Of a stretch of 64,000 nucleotides of DNA, positions 27,046 to 39,104 are shown in pieces. The stretch covers positions 82,176 to 146,175 of the forward strand of contig JBDHSK010000009.1 in assembly GCA_039808025.1 (NCBI GenBank). Reading direction: 5' to 3'. The notes under the pieces are model-generated. The model worked only from the letters and a program-made list of their open reading frames with translations, made no database searches and had not been told where the DNA came from. A program made the translations under genes and the position numbers. Each line of letters starts with the position of its first letter. Position 1 is the first letter of the stretch. The stretch is from Sphingomonadaceae bacterium. GTDB taxonomy: Bacteria > Pseudomonadota > Alphaproteobacteria > Sphingomonadales > Sphingomonadaceae.

Positions 27046-28395
27046 TTACGCCTGCCCGCCAGAGACCGTCAGCGGCACGCCGAACAGGTCGTGTTCGTCG
27101 GCGTCTTCGACCAGAACGGCGACGATGTCGCCGGGCTTGCAGCCAGTGGAATCCCGCAGCAGCACATTGCCGTCAATCTCAGGGGCGTCGGCCGTGGAAC
27201 GTCCGGTCGCACCACCCTCGTCATCCACCTCGTCGATGATCACGTCGATGGTCTGGCCGATTTTCTTCTGCAACCGAGCAGCAGATATGGCCGCGGCCTT
27301 TTCCATGAAGCGTTGCTGGCGTTCGGCCCGCACTTCGGCGGGCGGCAACCCGGGCAGGGCATTGGCAGCGGCGCCAGCAACCGGTTCATAGGCAAAGCAG
27401 CCGGCACGATCGATCTGTGCCTCGTCCATCCAGTTGAGCAGATAGTTGAAATCCGCCTCGGTCTCTCCGGGGAAACCGGCAATGAAGGTGGACCGGATGG
27501 TAAGGTTGGGGACTTCGCGCCGCCACCGCTCCAGCCGTTCCAGCACTCTGGCCTCGTTGGCGGGCCGCCGCATCGCTTTCAGCACCGATGGCGCGGCATG
27601 CTGGAAGGGGATGTCGAGATAGGGGAGGATCAGACCCTCGGCCATCAGCGGAATCAGCTCGTCGACGTGTGCGTAGGGGTAGACGTAGTGCAGCCTCACC
27701 CAGGCCCCCAGCCGGCCGAGTTCGCGCGCCAGATCGGTGATATGGGCGCGCAGCTCGGATTTGCCGAACCGTGCATGTGATAGGTCACGCCCGTAAGCCG
27801 AGGTGTCCTGGCTGATGACCAGCAGTTCGCGGGTGCCCGCGGCCACCAGTTTCTCTGCCTCGCGCACGATCGCGTCGGGCCGCCTCGATGCCAGCCGGCC
27901 ACGGATGGAGGGGATGATGCAGAAGGCGCAGGCATGATTGCAGCCTTCCGAAATCTTGACATAACTGTAATGGCGCGGAGTCAGCTTGAGGCCGATATCG
28001 GGCAGCAGGTCGAGATAGGGCTGTGGCGGCATCGGCGCCGCCTCGCGCACCGCGCCCACAACCTCTTCGTATTGCTGCGGTCCGGTGATCGCCAGCACAT
28101 CGGGGAAGCGTTCGCGGATGCTGTCGGCCTCGGGGCCGAGGCATCCGGTCACCACGACCCGGCCGTTTTCAGCGATTGCCTCGCCGATGGCTTCGAGGCT
28201 TTCCTCCTTGGCACTGTCGAGAAAGCCGCAGGTGTTCACCACCACGACGTCGGCGCCGGCATAATCGGCCGACAGTTGATAGCCTTCGCTGCGCAGCGAG
28301 GTAAGAATTCGTTCGGAATCGACGAGCGCCTTGGGGCAGCCCAGCGATACCATGCCCACCTTGCGCGGCGGTTCCAGAGTGCGCTCCGTGCCCAT
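27046..28395 (-). CDS. rimO: Ribosomal protein S12 methylthiotransferase RimO
   Basis: Trimmed to ATG 28395. MTTase N-domain [16 protein letters not shown], radical-SAM CNHACAFC and a C-terminal TRAM domain. Confidence 0.88.
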   Translation of the reverse strand: MGTERTLEPPRKVGMVSLGCPKALVDSERILTSLRSEGYQLSADYAGADVVVVNTCGFLDSAKEESLEAIGEAIAENGRVVVTGCLGPEADSIRERFPDVLAITGPQQYEEVVGAVREAAPMPPQPYLDLLPDIGLKLTPRHYSYVKISEGCNHACAFCIIPSIRGRLASRRPDAIVREAEKLVAAGTRELLVISQDTSAYGRDLSHARFGKSELRAHITDLARELGRLGAWVRLHYVYPYAHVDELIPLMAEGLILPYLDIPFQHAAPSVLKAMRRPANEARVLERLERWRREVPNLTIRSTFIAGFPGETEADFNYLLNWMDEAQIDRAGCFAYEPVAGAAANALPGLPPAEVRAERQQRFMEKAAAISAARLQKKIGQTIDVIIDEVDDEGGATGRSTADAPEIDGNVLLRDSTGCKPGDIVAVLVEDADEHDLFGVPLTVSGGQA

Positions 28396-29000
28396 CAGTC
28401 GGAAATACCGAGCTTCATCAATGCCAGCACTTCCTTGCGGCTGCGCTGGTCGTGGCGGAACACCCCCATCATGCGGCTGGTGGTCATGGTAACGCCCGGC
28501 GTGTGCACACCGCGCGCCGTCATGCACGAGTGCGACGCCTCGATAACCACTGCCACGCCTCGCGGGTCGAGGCCTTCCTGGATGGCATCGGCGATTTCAG
28601 CGGTCAGGCGCTCTTGCACCTGCATGCGTTTTGCAAACCCGCGCGCCACCCGCGCCAGCTTGGAAATGCCGACGACGCGATCCTTGGGCAGATAGGCGAT
28701 ATGAACCCGGCCGATGATCGGGGCGAGATGATGTTCACAGTGGGAATGGAAGGGGATGTCGCGCAGCAGCACGATTTCGTCATAGCCGCCCACTTCCTCG
28801 AATACCCGCGACAGATGCTGCTTGGGGTCTTCCTTGTAGCCGGCGAAATATTCCTGCCAGGCGCGCGCCACCCGGCCGGGGGTATCGCGCAGACCTTCGC
28901 GGCCCGGATCTTCGCCCGCCCAGCGGATCAGCGTGCGCACGGCCTCAAGCACATCGGCAGGAATGGCGGCGTCACGGTCGGGCGGGGTCTGGGTATTCAT
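28395..29000 (-). CDS. folE: GTP cyclohydrolase I
   Basis: Trimmed to ATG 29000. Contains [24 protein letters not shown] and [10 protein letters not shown]. Confidence 0.92.
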   Translation of the reverse strand: MNTQTPPDRDAAIPADVLEAVRTLIRWAGEDPGREGLRDTPGRVARAWQEYFAGYKEDPKQHLSRVFEEVGGYDEIVLLRDIPFHSHCEHHLAPIIGRVHIAYLPKDRVVGISKLARVARGFAKRMQVQERLTAEIADAIQEGLDPRGVAVVIEASHSCMTARGVHTPGVTMTTSRMMGVFRHDQRSRKEVLALMKLGISD

Positions 29001-29208
29001 GGCAGGGTGGTTCCTGTGGATGGAAGCGGGAGAGGGCAAGGCTCTTGCCGCATGCATGGGTAGGTGGGCAAGGGCAGGGTTCGTCCTCTGCATCACCAGT
29101 GTGTTTACGTCCATTGCCTGATAGCCGGACCTGATGTGATTTCAAAGACGCGCGACAAAGGTTTTCTTTTTCAGGGCAGCCAGTATCGTCGACCCCAGGA
29201 GGGAAACG

Positions 29209-30840
29209 ATGTTCGGAACCATGCAGAAGGCCCCGATGAACGTGTGGCAGATGATCGATCATGCGGCTTTCCATCATGGCCACCGCGAGATCGTCAGCCT
29301 GACCGCCGATCAGGAGGAAGTGCGCACCAACTGGATGCAGGTGCACCGCCGGGCGCGCCAGGTTGCAGCCCTGCTCAGGCGGCTCAACATCGGCATAGGC
29401 GACCGGGTGGCCACTCTGGCGTGGAACACCCACCGCCATGTCGAGGCCTGGTATGGCATTTCGGGCATGGGGGCGGTGGCCCACACCATCAACCCGCGCC
29501 TGTTTGAAGACCAGATCGTCTATATCGCCAACCATGCCGAAGACCGGGTGCTGTTCCTTGATACCAGCTTCATCCCGCTGATCGAGAAGCTGGCGCCGAG
29601 GCTTGCGACGATCGAGCACTTCATAGTGATGACCAGTCGCGCCCACATGCCTTCCGGCACAGCTGTTCATTTCCAGTGTTACGAAGACCTGATCGCGGCC
29701 GAACCCGAAGACCAGCCATGGACGCCGCTACCCGAAGAAGCGCCATCAGGGCTCTGCTATACCTCGGGCACCACGGGTAACCCCAAGGGCGTACAATATT
29801 CCCATCGCTCCAACGTTCTGCATGCCATGGCCGGGGTGGCGGCCGATGTTCTGGCCCTGCAATCGCGCAGCTGTGTTCTGCCGATCGTGCCGATGTATCA
29901 CGCCAATGCCTGGGGGGTGCCTTATGCGGCGGCCATTGCTGGTGCCAAGCTGGTTCTGGCCGGGCCGCGGTTCGATGCCGCCACGCTGGCCGGACTCATC
30001 AGAAGCGAGGGGGTGACGCTCACTCTGGCGGTGCCGACGGTATGGCTTGGCATGCTGCAGTATCTCGAGGTCGAGGGCGGTGATCTGAAGCCGCTCGAAA
30101 CTGTAGTGATCGGTGGGTCGGCAGCGCCGCGATCGATGATCGAGACCTTTGAAATGCGCTATGGCGTCAATGTGTGCCATGCCTGGGGCATGACCGAGAT
30201 GTCGCCTTTGGGAACCCTGGGAGCCCTGTCGGCCGAAGCGTTGCAGTTGTCGCGCAGCAAGCAGATCGATTTGAAGTGCAAGCAGGGGCGGGCGATCTTC
30301 GGTGTCGAGCTGAAGCTGGTGGATGATGACGGGCGGGCGCTGCCGAACGATGGCAAGGCCTTTGGCCGGCTGATGGTGCGTGGCCCGTGGATCGTCGAGA
30401 GCTATTTCAAGGGGGATGGCGGACGCATCCTCGATGATGAAGGCTGGTTCGATACCGGCGATGTCGCCACCATCGACCCCATGGGCTACATGCAGATCAC
30501 CGATCGATCGAAGGATGTGATAAAATCGGGAGGAGAATGGATTTCCTCGATAGAAATTGAGAATATCGCCACGGGCTGCGCGGGTGTTGCTGAAGCTGCC
30601 GTCATAGGCGTGAGCCACCCCAAGTGGACTGAGCGTCCGCTGCTGGTAGTCGTCCGCAAACCGGGCTCTCAGGTCTCGGCCGCCGATCTGAAAGCCTATC
30701 TGGAGGGACGGATTGCCAGCTGGTGGATGCCCGATGCTGTCGAGTTCGTGGATGCCATTCCCCACACCGCCACCGGCAAGATCCTGAAAGTCGCCTTGCG
30801 CGAACAGTTTGCCGGCTATCAGCTGCCCGACCAGACCTGA
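29209..30840 (+). CDS. AMP-dependent acyl-CoA synthetase (long-chain fatty-acid--CoA ligase-like)
   Basis: AMP-binding signature [19 protein letters not shown] and KSGGEWIS. Confidence 0.88.
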   Translation: MFGTMQKAPMNVWQMIDHAAFHHGHREIVSLTADQEEVRTNWMQVHRRARQVAALLRRLNIGIGDRVATLAWNTHRHVEAWYGISGMGAVAHTINPRLFEDQIVYIANHAEDRVLFLDTSFIPLIEKLAPRLATIEHFIVMTSRAHMPSGTAVHFQCYEDLIAAEPEDQPWTPLPEEAPSGLCYTSGTTGNPKGVQYSHRSNVLHAMAGVAADVLALQSRSCVLPIVPMYHANAWGVPYAAAIAGAKLVLAGPRFDAATLAGLIRSEGVTLTLAVPTVWLGMLQYLEVEGGDLKPLETVVIGGSAAPRSMIETFEMRYGVNVCHAWGMTEMSPLGTLGALSAEALQLSRSKQIDLKCKQGRAIFGVELKLVDDDGRALPNDGKAFGRLMVRGPWIVESYFKGDGGRILDDEGWFDTGDVATIDPMGYMQITDRSKDVIKSGGEWISSIEIENIATGCAGVAEAAVIGVSHPKWTERPLLVVVRKPGSQVSAADLKAYLEGRIASWWMPDAVEFVDAIPHTATGKILKVALREQFAGYQLPDQT

Positions 30841-31177
30841 TCCCGGCCGCCCGTCAGCAGGGGCTGGAATGATGCGCAATATTCTGATATAAGCAGGCCC
30901 GTTCCGGACTGGAATTGATCGTTGGATTGCCAGCCTGGCCTCAAGGCCAGAACAGGGGCAGTTGACCGTTCTTCTGGTCAGGGCGATTCAATCAGGCAAT
31001 ACCCTGTTTCTCAGGATTTGCCAAAAATGGAAAAGAGGTCGCGCGGACCGCAACCCGGGTTTGCTTTCATTCGTGTGCCACTAGTGGAACCAGATGGTAT
31101 TTCTGTCTGGCACATGAGGAAGGTGTTGTTTTCCGGGCTGTTTTCCGACGCGACACAGTGAAAGGACCGGATCGGCC

Positions 31178-31678
31178 ATGGCAGCTAAGCCCCTCAGCTT
31201 CGAAGTTGGTGACAATGTCGTTTATCCCAAGCACGGTGTCGGCCGGGTGATCGAGATCCAGTCGAGCGAAATTGCCGGGACGAGGCTGGAGCTTTATGTT
31301 CTGCGCTTTGACAAGGAGCGCATGATTCTGAAGGTGCCGACCAACAAGGCCGAATCGGTGGGGATGCGCAAGCTTTCAAGCGAGGCGACTCTGAAGGACG
31401 CGTTGCTGACCTTGAAGGGGCGGCCGCGGATCAAGCGGATCATGTGGTCGCGTCGTGCCCAGGAATACGAAGCCAAGATCAATTCCGGAGACCTTGTTTC
31501 CATCGCTGAAGTGGTGCGCGACCTGCATCGTGCGGAGGATCAGCCTGAACAGAGCTATTCCGAGCGGCAGATCTTCGAAGCGGCGATCAGCCGGCTGGCC
31601 CGCGAGGTTGCAGCGATGAAGAATATCGACGAACCGGCGGCCCAGCGTGAAATCGAACAGGTGCTGAAAGCCGCCTGA
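31178..31678 (+). CDS. carD: CarD/CdnL-family RNA-polymerase-binding transcription factor
   Basis: FEVGDNVVYPKHGVGRVIEI Tudor-like N-domain plus a helical C-domain. 166 aa. Confidence 0.9.
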   Translation: MAAKPLSFEVGDNVVYPKHGVGRVIEIQSSEIAGTRLELYVLRFDKERMILKVPTNKAESVGMRKLSSEATLKDALLTLKGRPRIKRIMWSRRAQEYEAKINSGDLVSIAEVVRDLHRAEDQPEQSYSERQIFEAAISRLAREVAAMKNIDEPAAQREIEQVLKAA

Positions 31679-31704
31679 GCCCGACCGCAGGCGACACCGG
31701 GGAG

Positions 31705-31738
31705 GGGGTCTGACCACCCCCGTGGGGGATCAGACCCC
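31705..31738. terminator. Strong GC-rich stem-loop between convergent carD and ptsP
   Basis: ggggtctga (31705-31713) pairs with tcagacccc (31730-31738). There is an inner ccccc/ggggg helix. No clear U-tract. Confidence 0.4.
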
Positions 31739-31844
31739 GGATCAGACGGTCCAGACCTCGGCAGATTGGCCCCGAACCGGCAAGGGCTGGCGCGGGGTCA
31801 ATCTTTTTGTGCCCGATCACCAGGCTCGATGCCCGACTGTCAGG

Positions 31845-34115
31845 TCAATCGATGGCGATGGCGTTGGCTCTGGCAAAACCGGCAAGCTCGTGGCGGATGT
31901 TGATGTGCGGCGTATCGAGCCATCCCGCCATCAGTTGCTGAACGGCGCCGATGTCTGCTGACCGGATCATCGCCTTTACCGGTCCGATGGCAGCGGGCGT
32001 GATCGACAGGCGCCTGATCCCCAGTGACAGCAGGGCGAGCGCTTCCAGCGGCCGGCCACCCATTTCACCGCAGACGCTCAGCGTAACGTCGTGGCCCGCG
32101 CATTCGTTGACGATGCCGCGAATGAACCGCAGCACACCACGCGACAGCCAGTCGTAGCGGTTGGCAAGGTGAGGGTTGCCGCGGTCAGCCGCCAGCAGGA
32201 ACTGGGTGAGATCGTTGGTGCCGATCGACAGAAAATCGAGCTGCGGAAGCAGTTCGTCGAGTGTCATCGCCAGTGCCGGCACCTCGAGCATGGCGCCGAA
32301 ACGCACATCGGTGGCGTGCGGAATACCGGCAGCCGCCAGCTTCGCCTTGCGGTCCTCGACGATGGCGCGGGCCTGCTCGTATTCCCACGGTTCGGCAACC
32401 ATCGGGAACATCAGGTGCAGCGTGCGGCCCGCTGCTGCCTGCAGCAGAGCGCGCGCCTGTGCTGCCATCAGGCCACTGCGCGAGAGTGCCAGCCGCAGCG
32501 CCCGCCAGCCCATGGCCGGGTTCTCCTCGCGGCCTTCCATGCGATCGACATAGGGGACGATCTTGTCGCCGCCGATATCGACGGTGCGGAACACCACCGG
32601 CCGGTCGGCGGCTGCCGCCAGCACATCACGGTAGAGGGCAATCTGGCGGCCGATGCGGGGCAGGGTGGCAGAGACCAGGAACTGGAACTCGGTGCGGAAC
32701 AGGCCGATCCCGTCGGCGTTGGTGAGGTCAAGTGCAGGCAGGTCGGATGTCAGCGCCGCATTCATCATAAGGGTGATGCGGGTTCCGTCCAGGCTCTGGG
32801 CCGGCAGGTCTCGCAGCTTGTCATACTCGGCCTGCCGTCTGGCCCGCAGGTTCATCTGCGCCTGATAGCCCGCCAGCACAGCTGGCGCCGGACGCACGAA
32901 CAAGGCGCCCGCACCCCCGTCGAGCAACAGCGGATCGCCCTCGCTGACCTGCTGGCGCAGGTTGCGCAACCGCCCCAGCAGCGGCACGCCCATGGCACGC
33001 GCCAATATGGTGACGTGCGACGTCAGCGATCCTTCCTCCAGCGCCACCCCCTTCAGGTACCGGCGGTCATACTCCAGCAGTTCGGCTGGCCCGAGATTGC
33101 GGGCGATCAGGATCGAATCTTCGGCAAGGCCTTGTTTGGCCGCCGTTTCGCCGGCGCCTGCCACCACCCGGATCAGCCGGTTGGACAGATCTTCGAGGTC
33201 GTGGAGGCGTTCGCGCAGATAGGGGTCGGCGGCCGAACCGAGCTTGATGCGCTGGGCCTGGGCGACGGCCTCGATGGCAGCTTCAGCGGTCAGGCCGCCG
33301 TCGATCCCGTCGTGAATCCTTTGCGCCCACCCGGCATCGAGGGCGAACATCTTGTAGGTTTCCAGGATTTCATGATGGTCGCCCGGGCCGGCGAACTCAG
33401 CGCGCGACACCATCTGGTCGATCTCGTCGCGCATCCGCTGGAACGCACTGTTGAGACGCTCGTGCTCGGCCTCGGGATTCTCGGCGACCGAACGGGTGAT
33501 TACCACCCGCGGCTCGTGAAATACTGCCACCCCGCGCGCCAGCCCGTCGACGATGCGCATGCCGCCAAGGCGCAACGGTGTGGTGTCACGCGGGGGTTTC
33601 GGGGCGTTTTCTGCGGCGTCGACCAGCCCGGCAGCAGCAATCAGCTCGGCCAGCACCATGGCGACCGTTTGCAGGGCCTCGATCTCGATGTCGGCATATT
33701 CGCGGGGCTGGCGATGCTGTACTGCCAGCACCCCGATCACCCGTTCGCGGCGAATAATGGGGACGCCGGCAAAGCTGTGAAAATGTTCTTCGCCGGTTTC
33801 CGGGCGATAGGCAAAGCGCGGATGCCTGCTGGCTTCGGCCAGAGTCAGCGGGGCGCGCGTTTCGGCAATGGTTCCCACCAGCCCCTGGCCGATGGCCAGA
33901 CGGGTGACATGAACCGCTTGCTGCTTCAGCCCGCGGGTGGCGAACAGCTCGAGCATGCCATCGCGCAACAGATAGATCGACGCAACTTCCGACCCCAGCG
34001 CATCGGCAATCAGGTTGGCGACCAGCCCCAGCTTGGTCTGGGTAGGGGTGCGGGCCGCCATGATGTCGTGCAGGCGACGCAGCAGTTCGCGGGCCCCGCC
34101 AGTCCGTGTTGACAT
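31845..34115 (-). CDS. ptsP: Phosphoenolpyruvate--protein phosphotransferase EI-Ntr (GAF-PtsI)
   Basis: N-terminal GAF domain, PEP-utilising enzyme domains (GSLTSHVTILARAMGVP with phospho-His, SIGTNDLTQF). Confidence 0.92.
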   Translation of the reverse strand: MSTRTGGARELLRRLHDIMAARTPTQTKLGLVANLIADALGSEVASIYLLRDGMLELFATRGLKQQAVHVTRLAIGQGLVGTIAETRAPLTLAEASRHPRFAYRPETGEEHFHSFAGVPIIRRERVIGVLAVQHRQPREYADIEIEALQTVAMVLAELIAAAGLVDAAENAPKPPRDTTPLRLGGMRIVDGLARGVAVFHEPRVVITRSVAENPEAEHERLNSAFQRMRDEIDQMVSRAEFAGPGDHHEILETYKMFALDAGWAQRIHDGIDGGLTAEAAIEAVAQAQRIKLGSAADPYLRERLHDLEDLSNRLIRVVAGAGETAAKQGLAEDSILIARNLGPAELLEYDRRYLKGVALEEGSLTSHVTILARAMGVPLLGRLRNLRQQVSEGDPLLLDGGAGALFVRPAPAVLAGYQAQMNLRARRQAEYDKLRDLPAQSLDGTRITLMMNAALTSDLPALDLTNADGIGLFRTEFQFLVSATLPRIGRQIALYRDVLAAAADRPVVFRTVDIGGDKIVPYVDRMEGREENPAMGWRALRLALSRSGLMAAQARALLQAAAGRTLHLMFPMVAEPWEYEQARAIVEDRKAKLAAAGIPHATDVRFGAMLEVPALAMTLDELLPQLDFLSIGTNDLTQFLLAADRGNPHLANRYDWLSRGVLRFIRGIVNECAGHDVTLSVCGEMGGRPLEALALLSLGIRRLSITPAAIGPVKAMIRSADIGAVQQLMAGWLDTPHINIRHELAGFARANAIAID

Positions 34116-35146
34116 CAGCGACTGCTCCGATGCGCCAGAACCATTTCCGCCTCGGCGATCAACCCGCCGATGATGGCGCTGACCGGTTCCTCGGCCGTTA
34201 CCATGCCCACCGATTGCCCGGCCATGACCGAGCCATTCTCGACATCACCGTCGATCACGGCCCGGCGCAGCGCCCCCGCCCAGTAGTGCTCGATCTCGAG
34301 CTGGGCATCGGCAAGCGCAACCGTGCCCGCCTCCAGACGGGCGACCATCTCGCGCTGTTTGGCTGCAAAGGCCTCGGAGGCGGCGTTCCTGAGGGCGCGC
34401 ACCGGGATCACCGGCAGGCGCGGGTCGATCTGCACTGAAGGTTGTGCTTCGCGGGCGGCGGCCCGCAGAAAGGCCTTCTTGAAGTTGGGGTGGGCAATCG
34501 ATTCGGTGGCGGCAGCAAAGCGGGTACCCAGCTGAACGCCGGCGGCCCCCATTTCGACAAAGGCGGCAATCGCCGCCCCCCGCCCGATGCCGCCGGCCGC
34601 AAAAATGGTGGCGTCGGGCAGGTTGGGAAGCACTTCCTGCGCCAGCACGTTAAGGCTGACGGGACCGATGTGCCCGCCGGCTTCCGACCCTTCGATGACC
34701 AGCGCATCGACGCCCGAGCGCAGCAGCTTGCGGGCAAAGGCAAGGTTGGGGGCAAAGGCCATCACCTTGGCGAAGTCGCGGATGGCGGCGATCGCCGGGG
34801 CGGGTGGCAGGCCGCCCGCCAGAGCCACATGGCTGACACCGGCGCCCTTGCATACCGCGATCAGCTCCATCAGCTGCGGGTGCATGGTGATGAGGTTGAC
34901 TCCGAAAGGCTTGCCGGTCAGCGCCTGGGTGCCGGCGATCTCGGCCTCAAGGAGGGCAAGAGTCATGGCGCCGCAGGCCAGCACTCCGAAGCCGCCGGCC
35001 TCAGAAATGGCCGATACCAGGTGGCGTTCGGAAACCCAGCTCATGGCACCTGCCATTATGGCATGGCGGGTGCCGAGGAAGGCGCGACCCTTGGCCGTAA
35101 GAGCGTCGAGGCGCGGCGTATCACTCATAGGGGGCATCCAGACCAT
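34115..35146 (-). CDS. Nitronate monooxygenase / FabK-like FMN oxidoreductase
   Basis: IMAGAMSWVSERHLVSAISEAGGFGVL and AAGGIGRGAAIAAF motifs. The start is ambiguous (Met1, Met4 or Met7). Overlaps the lysC 3' end. Confidence 0.75.
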   Translation of the reverse strand: MVWMPPMSDTPRLDALTAKGRAFLGTRHAIMAGAMSWVSERHLVSAISEAGGFGVLACGAMTLALLEAEIAGTQALTGKPFGVNLITMHPQLMELIAVCKGAGVSHVALAGGLPPAPAIAAIRDFAKVMAFAPNLAFARKLLRSGVDALVIEGSEAGGHIGPVSLNVLAQEVLPNLPDATIFAAGGIGRGAAIAAFVEMGAAGVQLGTRFAAATESIAHPNFKKAFLRAAAREAQPSVQIDPRLPVIPVRALRNAASEAFAAKQREMVARLEAGTVALADAQLEIEHYWAGALRRAVIDGDVENGSVMAGQSVGMVTAEEPVSAIIGGLIAEAEMVLAHRSSR

Positions 35147-36347
35147 AGGCGGTGTGCAGAACCCGCACCGCCAGTTCGAGATACTCTTCGGCGATCAGCA
35201 CCGATACCTTGATCTCGGAGGTGGTGATGGCGAGGATGTTGATGCCGCGTCCGGCCAGCGCCCGGAACATGGTGGCGGCAACGCCTGCGTGGCTGCGCAT
35301 GCCCACCCCAACCACCGAGATTTTCACCACCTGATCGTTGGTATCGACCCGGGCGTAGCCGATCTTCTCGCGCAGTTCTTCAAGGGTGGCGCGGGCGCGG
35401 GCGAGATCGGGGCGGGGCACGGTGAAGGTGACGTCGGTCGACAGTCCGTCAGAGGCGATGTTCTGCACGATCATGTCGACGTTGATGTTGGCATCGGCCA
35501 GCGGGCCAAAGATGGTGGCGACGACACCGGGCTGGTCGGGGACCCCCACGACCGTCAGCTTGGCCTCGTTGCGATCATAGGCAACGCCGGCGATCAGTTC
35601 CTGTTCCATGACTTCATCCTCATCGACGACCAGTGTGCCGGGGGCGTCGGAAAAACTCGACAGCACCTGCAGGCGGACTTTTTCCTTCATCGCAAGCTCG
35701 ACCGAGCGGGTCTGCAGCACCTTGGCGCCCACCGAGGCGAGCTCAAGCATTTCCTCGTAGGTGATGAGGCCGAGCTTGCGGGCGCGCGGCACGATGCGCG
35801 GATCGGTGGTGAATACGCCTTCGACATCGGTATAGATGTCGCAGCGGTCGGCGCCGACGGCGGCCGCTACGGCCACGGCCGAAGTATCCGAGCCGCCACG
35901 CCCCAGTGTCGAGATGCGCTGGTCGGGGCTGACACCCTGAAAACCGGGGATCACGGCCACTTCGCCCGATTCCAGCGCGGCCACCAACCGGTCGGTTGCG
36001 ATATGCTCGATCCGGGCCTTCGCATGGCCTTCCGACGTGGTGATCGGGATCTGCCAGCCCAGCCACGACCGCGCCCTGAGGCCCAGGGCCTGCAAGGCAA
36101 TGGCGAGCAGGCCGGAGGTCACCTGCTCTCCCGAGGCGACGACCGAATCATATTCGGCCGGGTCGGCAAGTGGTGAGGCTTCGCGGCAGAAGTTGACGAG
36201 CCGGTCGGTTTCACCGGCCATGGCTGAGACGACTACCGCAACACGGTTGCCTGCGTCGACCTCGCGTTTGACGCGGTTGGCGACTTCGCGGATTCGCTCG
36301 ATGCCTGCCATCGAGGTGCCGCCAAACTTCATTACAATGCGTGCCAT
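35121..36347 (-). CDS. lysC: Aspartate kinase
   Basis: Trimmed to ATG 36347 (MARIVMKFGGTSMAG). Two C-terminal ACT domains. Confidence 0.92.
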   Translation of the reverse strand: MARIVMKFGGTSMAGIERIREVANRVKREVDAGNRVAVVVSAMAGETDRLVNFCREASPLADPAEYDSVVASGEQVTSGLLAIALQALGLRARSWLGWQIPITTSEGHAKARIEHIATDRLVAALESGEVAVIPGFQGVSPDQRISTLGRGGSDTSAVAVAAAVGADRCDIYTDVEGVFTTDPRIVPRARKLGLITYEEMLELASVGAKVLQTRSVELAMKEKVRLQVLSSFSDAPGTLVVDEDEVMEQELIAGVAYDRNEAKLTVVGVPDQPGVVATIFGPLADANINVDMIVQNIASDGLSTDVTFTVPRPDLARARATLEELREKIGYARVDTNDQVVKISVVGVGMRSHAGVAATMFRALAGRGINILAITTSEIKVSVLIAEEYLELAVRVLHTAYGLDAPYE

Positions 36348-36641
36348 GTGATTCCGGTGTTGCGGATGCAGGAATATGTGTGCGCGCCCTTTACGGACGG
36401 GGGGCGGTGCTGGCAACCACCGCCTGCCTTTACAGCGGCGATTTGTTTCAGTATCGCTGGAACAGATGGAGACCCGTTCGCCTCTTGCCCTGCTGCGACT
36501 TACGCGCCCTTAGGCGCGTGGTGCTTGCCGTGGGCCGAGGACCCCGGCAGGATTTGAACAGCGTCTGAGGGGTAGCGACCACTTCCTTGCCAGCATATAC
36601 TGTGGCGGTACTTCTCCGCCCTTCATCCAGGCAGATCAACC

Positions 36642-38174
36642 ATGTCCGACCGTATCCTGATCTTTGACACCACCTTGCGCGATGGCGAACAGTCCCCCGG
36701 CTGCTCGATGAACCTCGAAGAGAAACTGCGGGTGGCAGCCCAGCTGGAGGCGCTGGGTGTCGACATCATCGAGGCCGGCTTTGCCATTGCCTCTGAGGGT
36801 GATTTCGAGGCGGTGCAGGCCGTTTCCAGGCAGGCAGAGAAGGCGATCATCGCCAGCCTCGCCCGGGCGGCGCGCGCCGACATCGAGCGGGCGGCTGCCG
36901 CCCTCAAGGGTGCGAAACGGCCGCGCATTCACACCTTTATCGCCACTTCACCGCTGCACATGCGGGTGAAGCTGAACAAATCTCCCGAACAGGTGCTGGA
37001 ATCAATCCGTGAAAGCGTGTCGCTGGCTCGCAGCCTGGTCGATGATGTCGAATGGTCGGCAGAAGACGCCACCCGTTCCGAGCCCGACTTTCTCGCCCGC
37101 GCCATTGAAACGGCGATCACGGCCGGAGCCACCACCATCAACCTGCCCGATACCGTCGGCTATGCCACGCCTGAAACCTATGGCGCCATGTTCCGCGACA
37201 TGATCGGCAGGGTGCCCAATGCCGACAAGGCTGTGTTTTCAACCCACTGCCACAATGACCTGGGGCTGGCAGTCGCCAACAGTCTGGCGGCAGTGATGGC
37301 AGGCGCCCGGCAGGTGGAATCGACGATCAACGGCATCGGCGAACGCGCCGGCAATGCCGCTGTTGAAGAACTGGCAATGGCGCTCAGGGTGCGCCGCGAC
37401 GTGCTGCCCTATGAAACCGCGATCGTCTCGACCGAGATCACCCGGTCCAGCCGGCTGGTGTCGGCGGTAACCGGCATGCAGGTGCAGGCCAACAAGGCGA
37501 TCGTCGGTGCCAACGCCTTTGCCCACGAAAGCGGCATTCACCAGGACGGCATGCTGAAAGACAGCTCGACCTACGAGATCATGACGCCGGAATCGGTGGG
37601 GCAGGGCCATTCGGCACTGGTGCTGGGCAAACACTCCGGCCGCGCCGCTTTCCGCGACAAGCTGGAACAACTGGGCTACACCCTCTCTGAGAACGAGTTT
37701 CTTGATGCCTTCCATCGGTTCAAGGCGCTGGCCGATGCCAAGAAGCAGGTGTTCGACGAGGACGTGATCGCCCTTGTCGATGATGAGGTGATCCGGGGCC
37801 ATGATCGCATTCAGGTGCGCGAAGTCGAGGTATATTGCGGATCGACCGGGCCACAGCGCGCCATCGTCACGCTGGAAGTCGATGGTGAGGAAGTGACAGC
37901 GGCGACACGCGGGAACGGGCCGGTCGATGCGTTGTTCAACGCCATCCGCAAGCTGGTGCCTCACGAAGAGGCGGTGTTGCAGCTGTATCAGGTTTCGGCG
38001 GTGACGATGGGCACCGATGCGCAGGGCGATGTGATGGTGATTCTGGCGGAAAACGGGCGAACGGCGCGCGGCGTCGGCACCCATAACGACACGCTGGTTG
38101 CCTCGGCCAAGGCCTATGTGAATGCCCTTAACAAGCTGATCATGAAGCGCGGCCGATCAGCTCTTGCCGCCTGA
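36642..38174 (+). CDS. leuA: 2-isopropylmalate synthase
   Basis: [30 protein letters not shown] and a C-terminal LeuA dimerisation/regulatory domain. Confidence 0.93.
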   Translation: MSDRILIFDTTLRDGEQSPGCSMNLEEKLRVAAQLEALGVDIIEAGFAIASEGDFEAVQAVSRQAEKAIIASLARAARADIERAAAALKGAKRPRIHTFIATSPLHMRVKLNKSPEQVLESIRESVSLARSLVDDVEWSAEDATRSEPDFLARAIETAITAGATTINLPDTVGYATPETYGAMFRDMIGRVPNADKAVFSTHCHNDLGLAVANSLAAVMAGARQVESTINGIGERAGNAAVEELAMALRVRRDVLPYETAIVSTEITRSSRLVSAVTGMQVQANKAIVGANAFAHESGIHQDGMLKDSSTYEIMTPESVGQGHSALVLGKHSGRAAFRDKLEQLGYTLSENEFLDAFHRFKALADAKKQVFDEDVIALVDDEVIRGHDRIQVREVEVYCGSTGPQRAIVTLEVDGEEVTAATRGNGPVDALFNAIRKLVPHEEAVLQLYQVSAVTMGTDAQGDVMVILAENGRTARGVGTHNDTLVASAKAYVNALNKLIMKRGRSALAA

Positions 38175-38246
38175 CAAGCGCTGGGGCATGCAGGGAATAT
38201 GCCCTGCGGCAATGGTGGCCGCAGGGTGGTTCCTGAAGGGGTGACA

Positions 38247-38768
38247 ATGGCTTTTTCGCTGTACGATGCAACGGTTCCGACATTCATCCAGATGCTGGGC
38301 GGCCTCGCCACGGTGCTCGACAAGGGCCGCGCGTTCGCCGCGGAAAAAGGGCTTGCCGAGGCAGACGTCATGAAGGCCTGCCTGGCACCCGACATGTTCC
38401 CCCTCAATGTGCAGGTGGGGCAGGCGGTGCATCACGCACTGGGGAGTCTCGAAGGGGTCGCCGCCGGCCAGTTTTCCCCGAGCATGGAACCGGTACCTGC
38501 CGATTTTGCCGGCCTCAGGGCGCTGATCGATGACGCGATCGAGCGGTTGAAGGTAGTGGCGCCTGCCGAAGTGAACCTGCTGGAAGGCAAGGAGTGCGCC
38601 TTTGTATTCCGGGAATACCGGCTGCCTTATAAGGGGGCCGATTTCTTCACTTCGTTCACACTGCCCAATTTTTATTTCCACGTGACAACGGCTTACGATA
38701 TTTTGCGCCACATTGGCGTGAACATTGGCAAGCGGGAATATCTGGGGGCAACCCGAACCAGCGCCTGA
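38247..38768 (+). CDS. DUF1993 family protein
   Basis: Trimmed to ATG 38247. MAFSLYDATVPTFIQMLGGLATVLDKG and DMFPLNVQV resemble DUF1993 N-terminal signatures as I recall them. Confidence 0.7.
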   Translation: MAFSLYDATVPTFIQMLGGLATVLDKGRAFAAEKGLAEADVMKACLAPDMFPLNVQVGQAVHHALGSLEGVAAGQFSPSMEPVPADFAGLRALIDDAIERLKVVAPAEVNLLEGKECAFVFREYRLPYKGADFFTSFTLPNFYFHVTTAYDILRHIGVNIGKREYLGATRTSA

Positions 38769-38780
38769 GCGCGCCCGGCG

Positions 38781-39104
38781 TCAGGGCGCGTCCTGCCAGT
38801 GAAAGCCCAGTGGAGCCTCGCGGAAGGCAAAACGGTCGAGGTGGTTGGCAAGCGCTGTCTTCAGCGCTGCCAGCTGGCCGTCCTCGCTGGCTTCGATCCG
38901 TGCCAGCAGCGCGTCGGTGCCGACAGTCAGCGTGATGATGGCATCACCCGCCCAGTTGGCGCCGCGTGCATCATAGGGGAAGCGGATGGTGGCGTGGTCG
39001 GCGTTATAGCTGACATAAAGATTGTGGCTCCAGTGTTTGCATAACTGCTGAAGATAGCGGCTGCCGTTGGCGGTTGCGACGCGGGCCTCTGAGATTACCG
39101 GCAC
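38781..39104 (-). CDS. DUF2218 family protein
   Basis: ARVATANGSRYLQQLCKHWSH matches the DUF2218 N-terminal pattern as I recall it. 107 aa. Confidence 0.65.
   Translation of the reverse strand: MPVISEARVATANGSRYLQQLCKHWSHNLYVSYNADHATIRFPYDARGANWAGDAIITLTVGTDALLARIEASEDGQLAALKTALANHLDRFAFREAPLGFHWQDAP

Noticed and set aside
30841-31177. 337-bp gap upstream of carD with a 79-aa ORF (30922..31161). Considered as a gene or riboswitch.
   Set aside because: The ORF has no RBS or motif. I could not recognise any known riboswitch or sRNA consensus by eye. It is left unannotated.
36348-36641. Divergent lysC/leuA intergenic region. Examined for a Leu-rich leader peptide/attenuator or a lysine riboswitch.
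   Set aside because: No run of Leu codons in any short ORF, and no L-box-like conserved segments that I could recognise.
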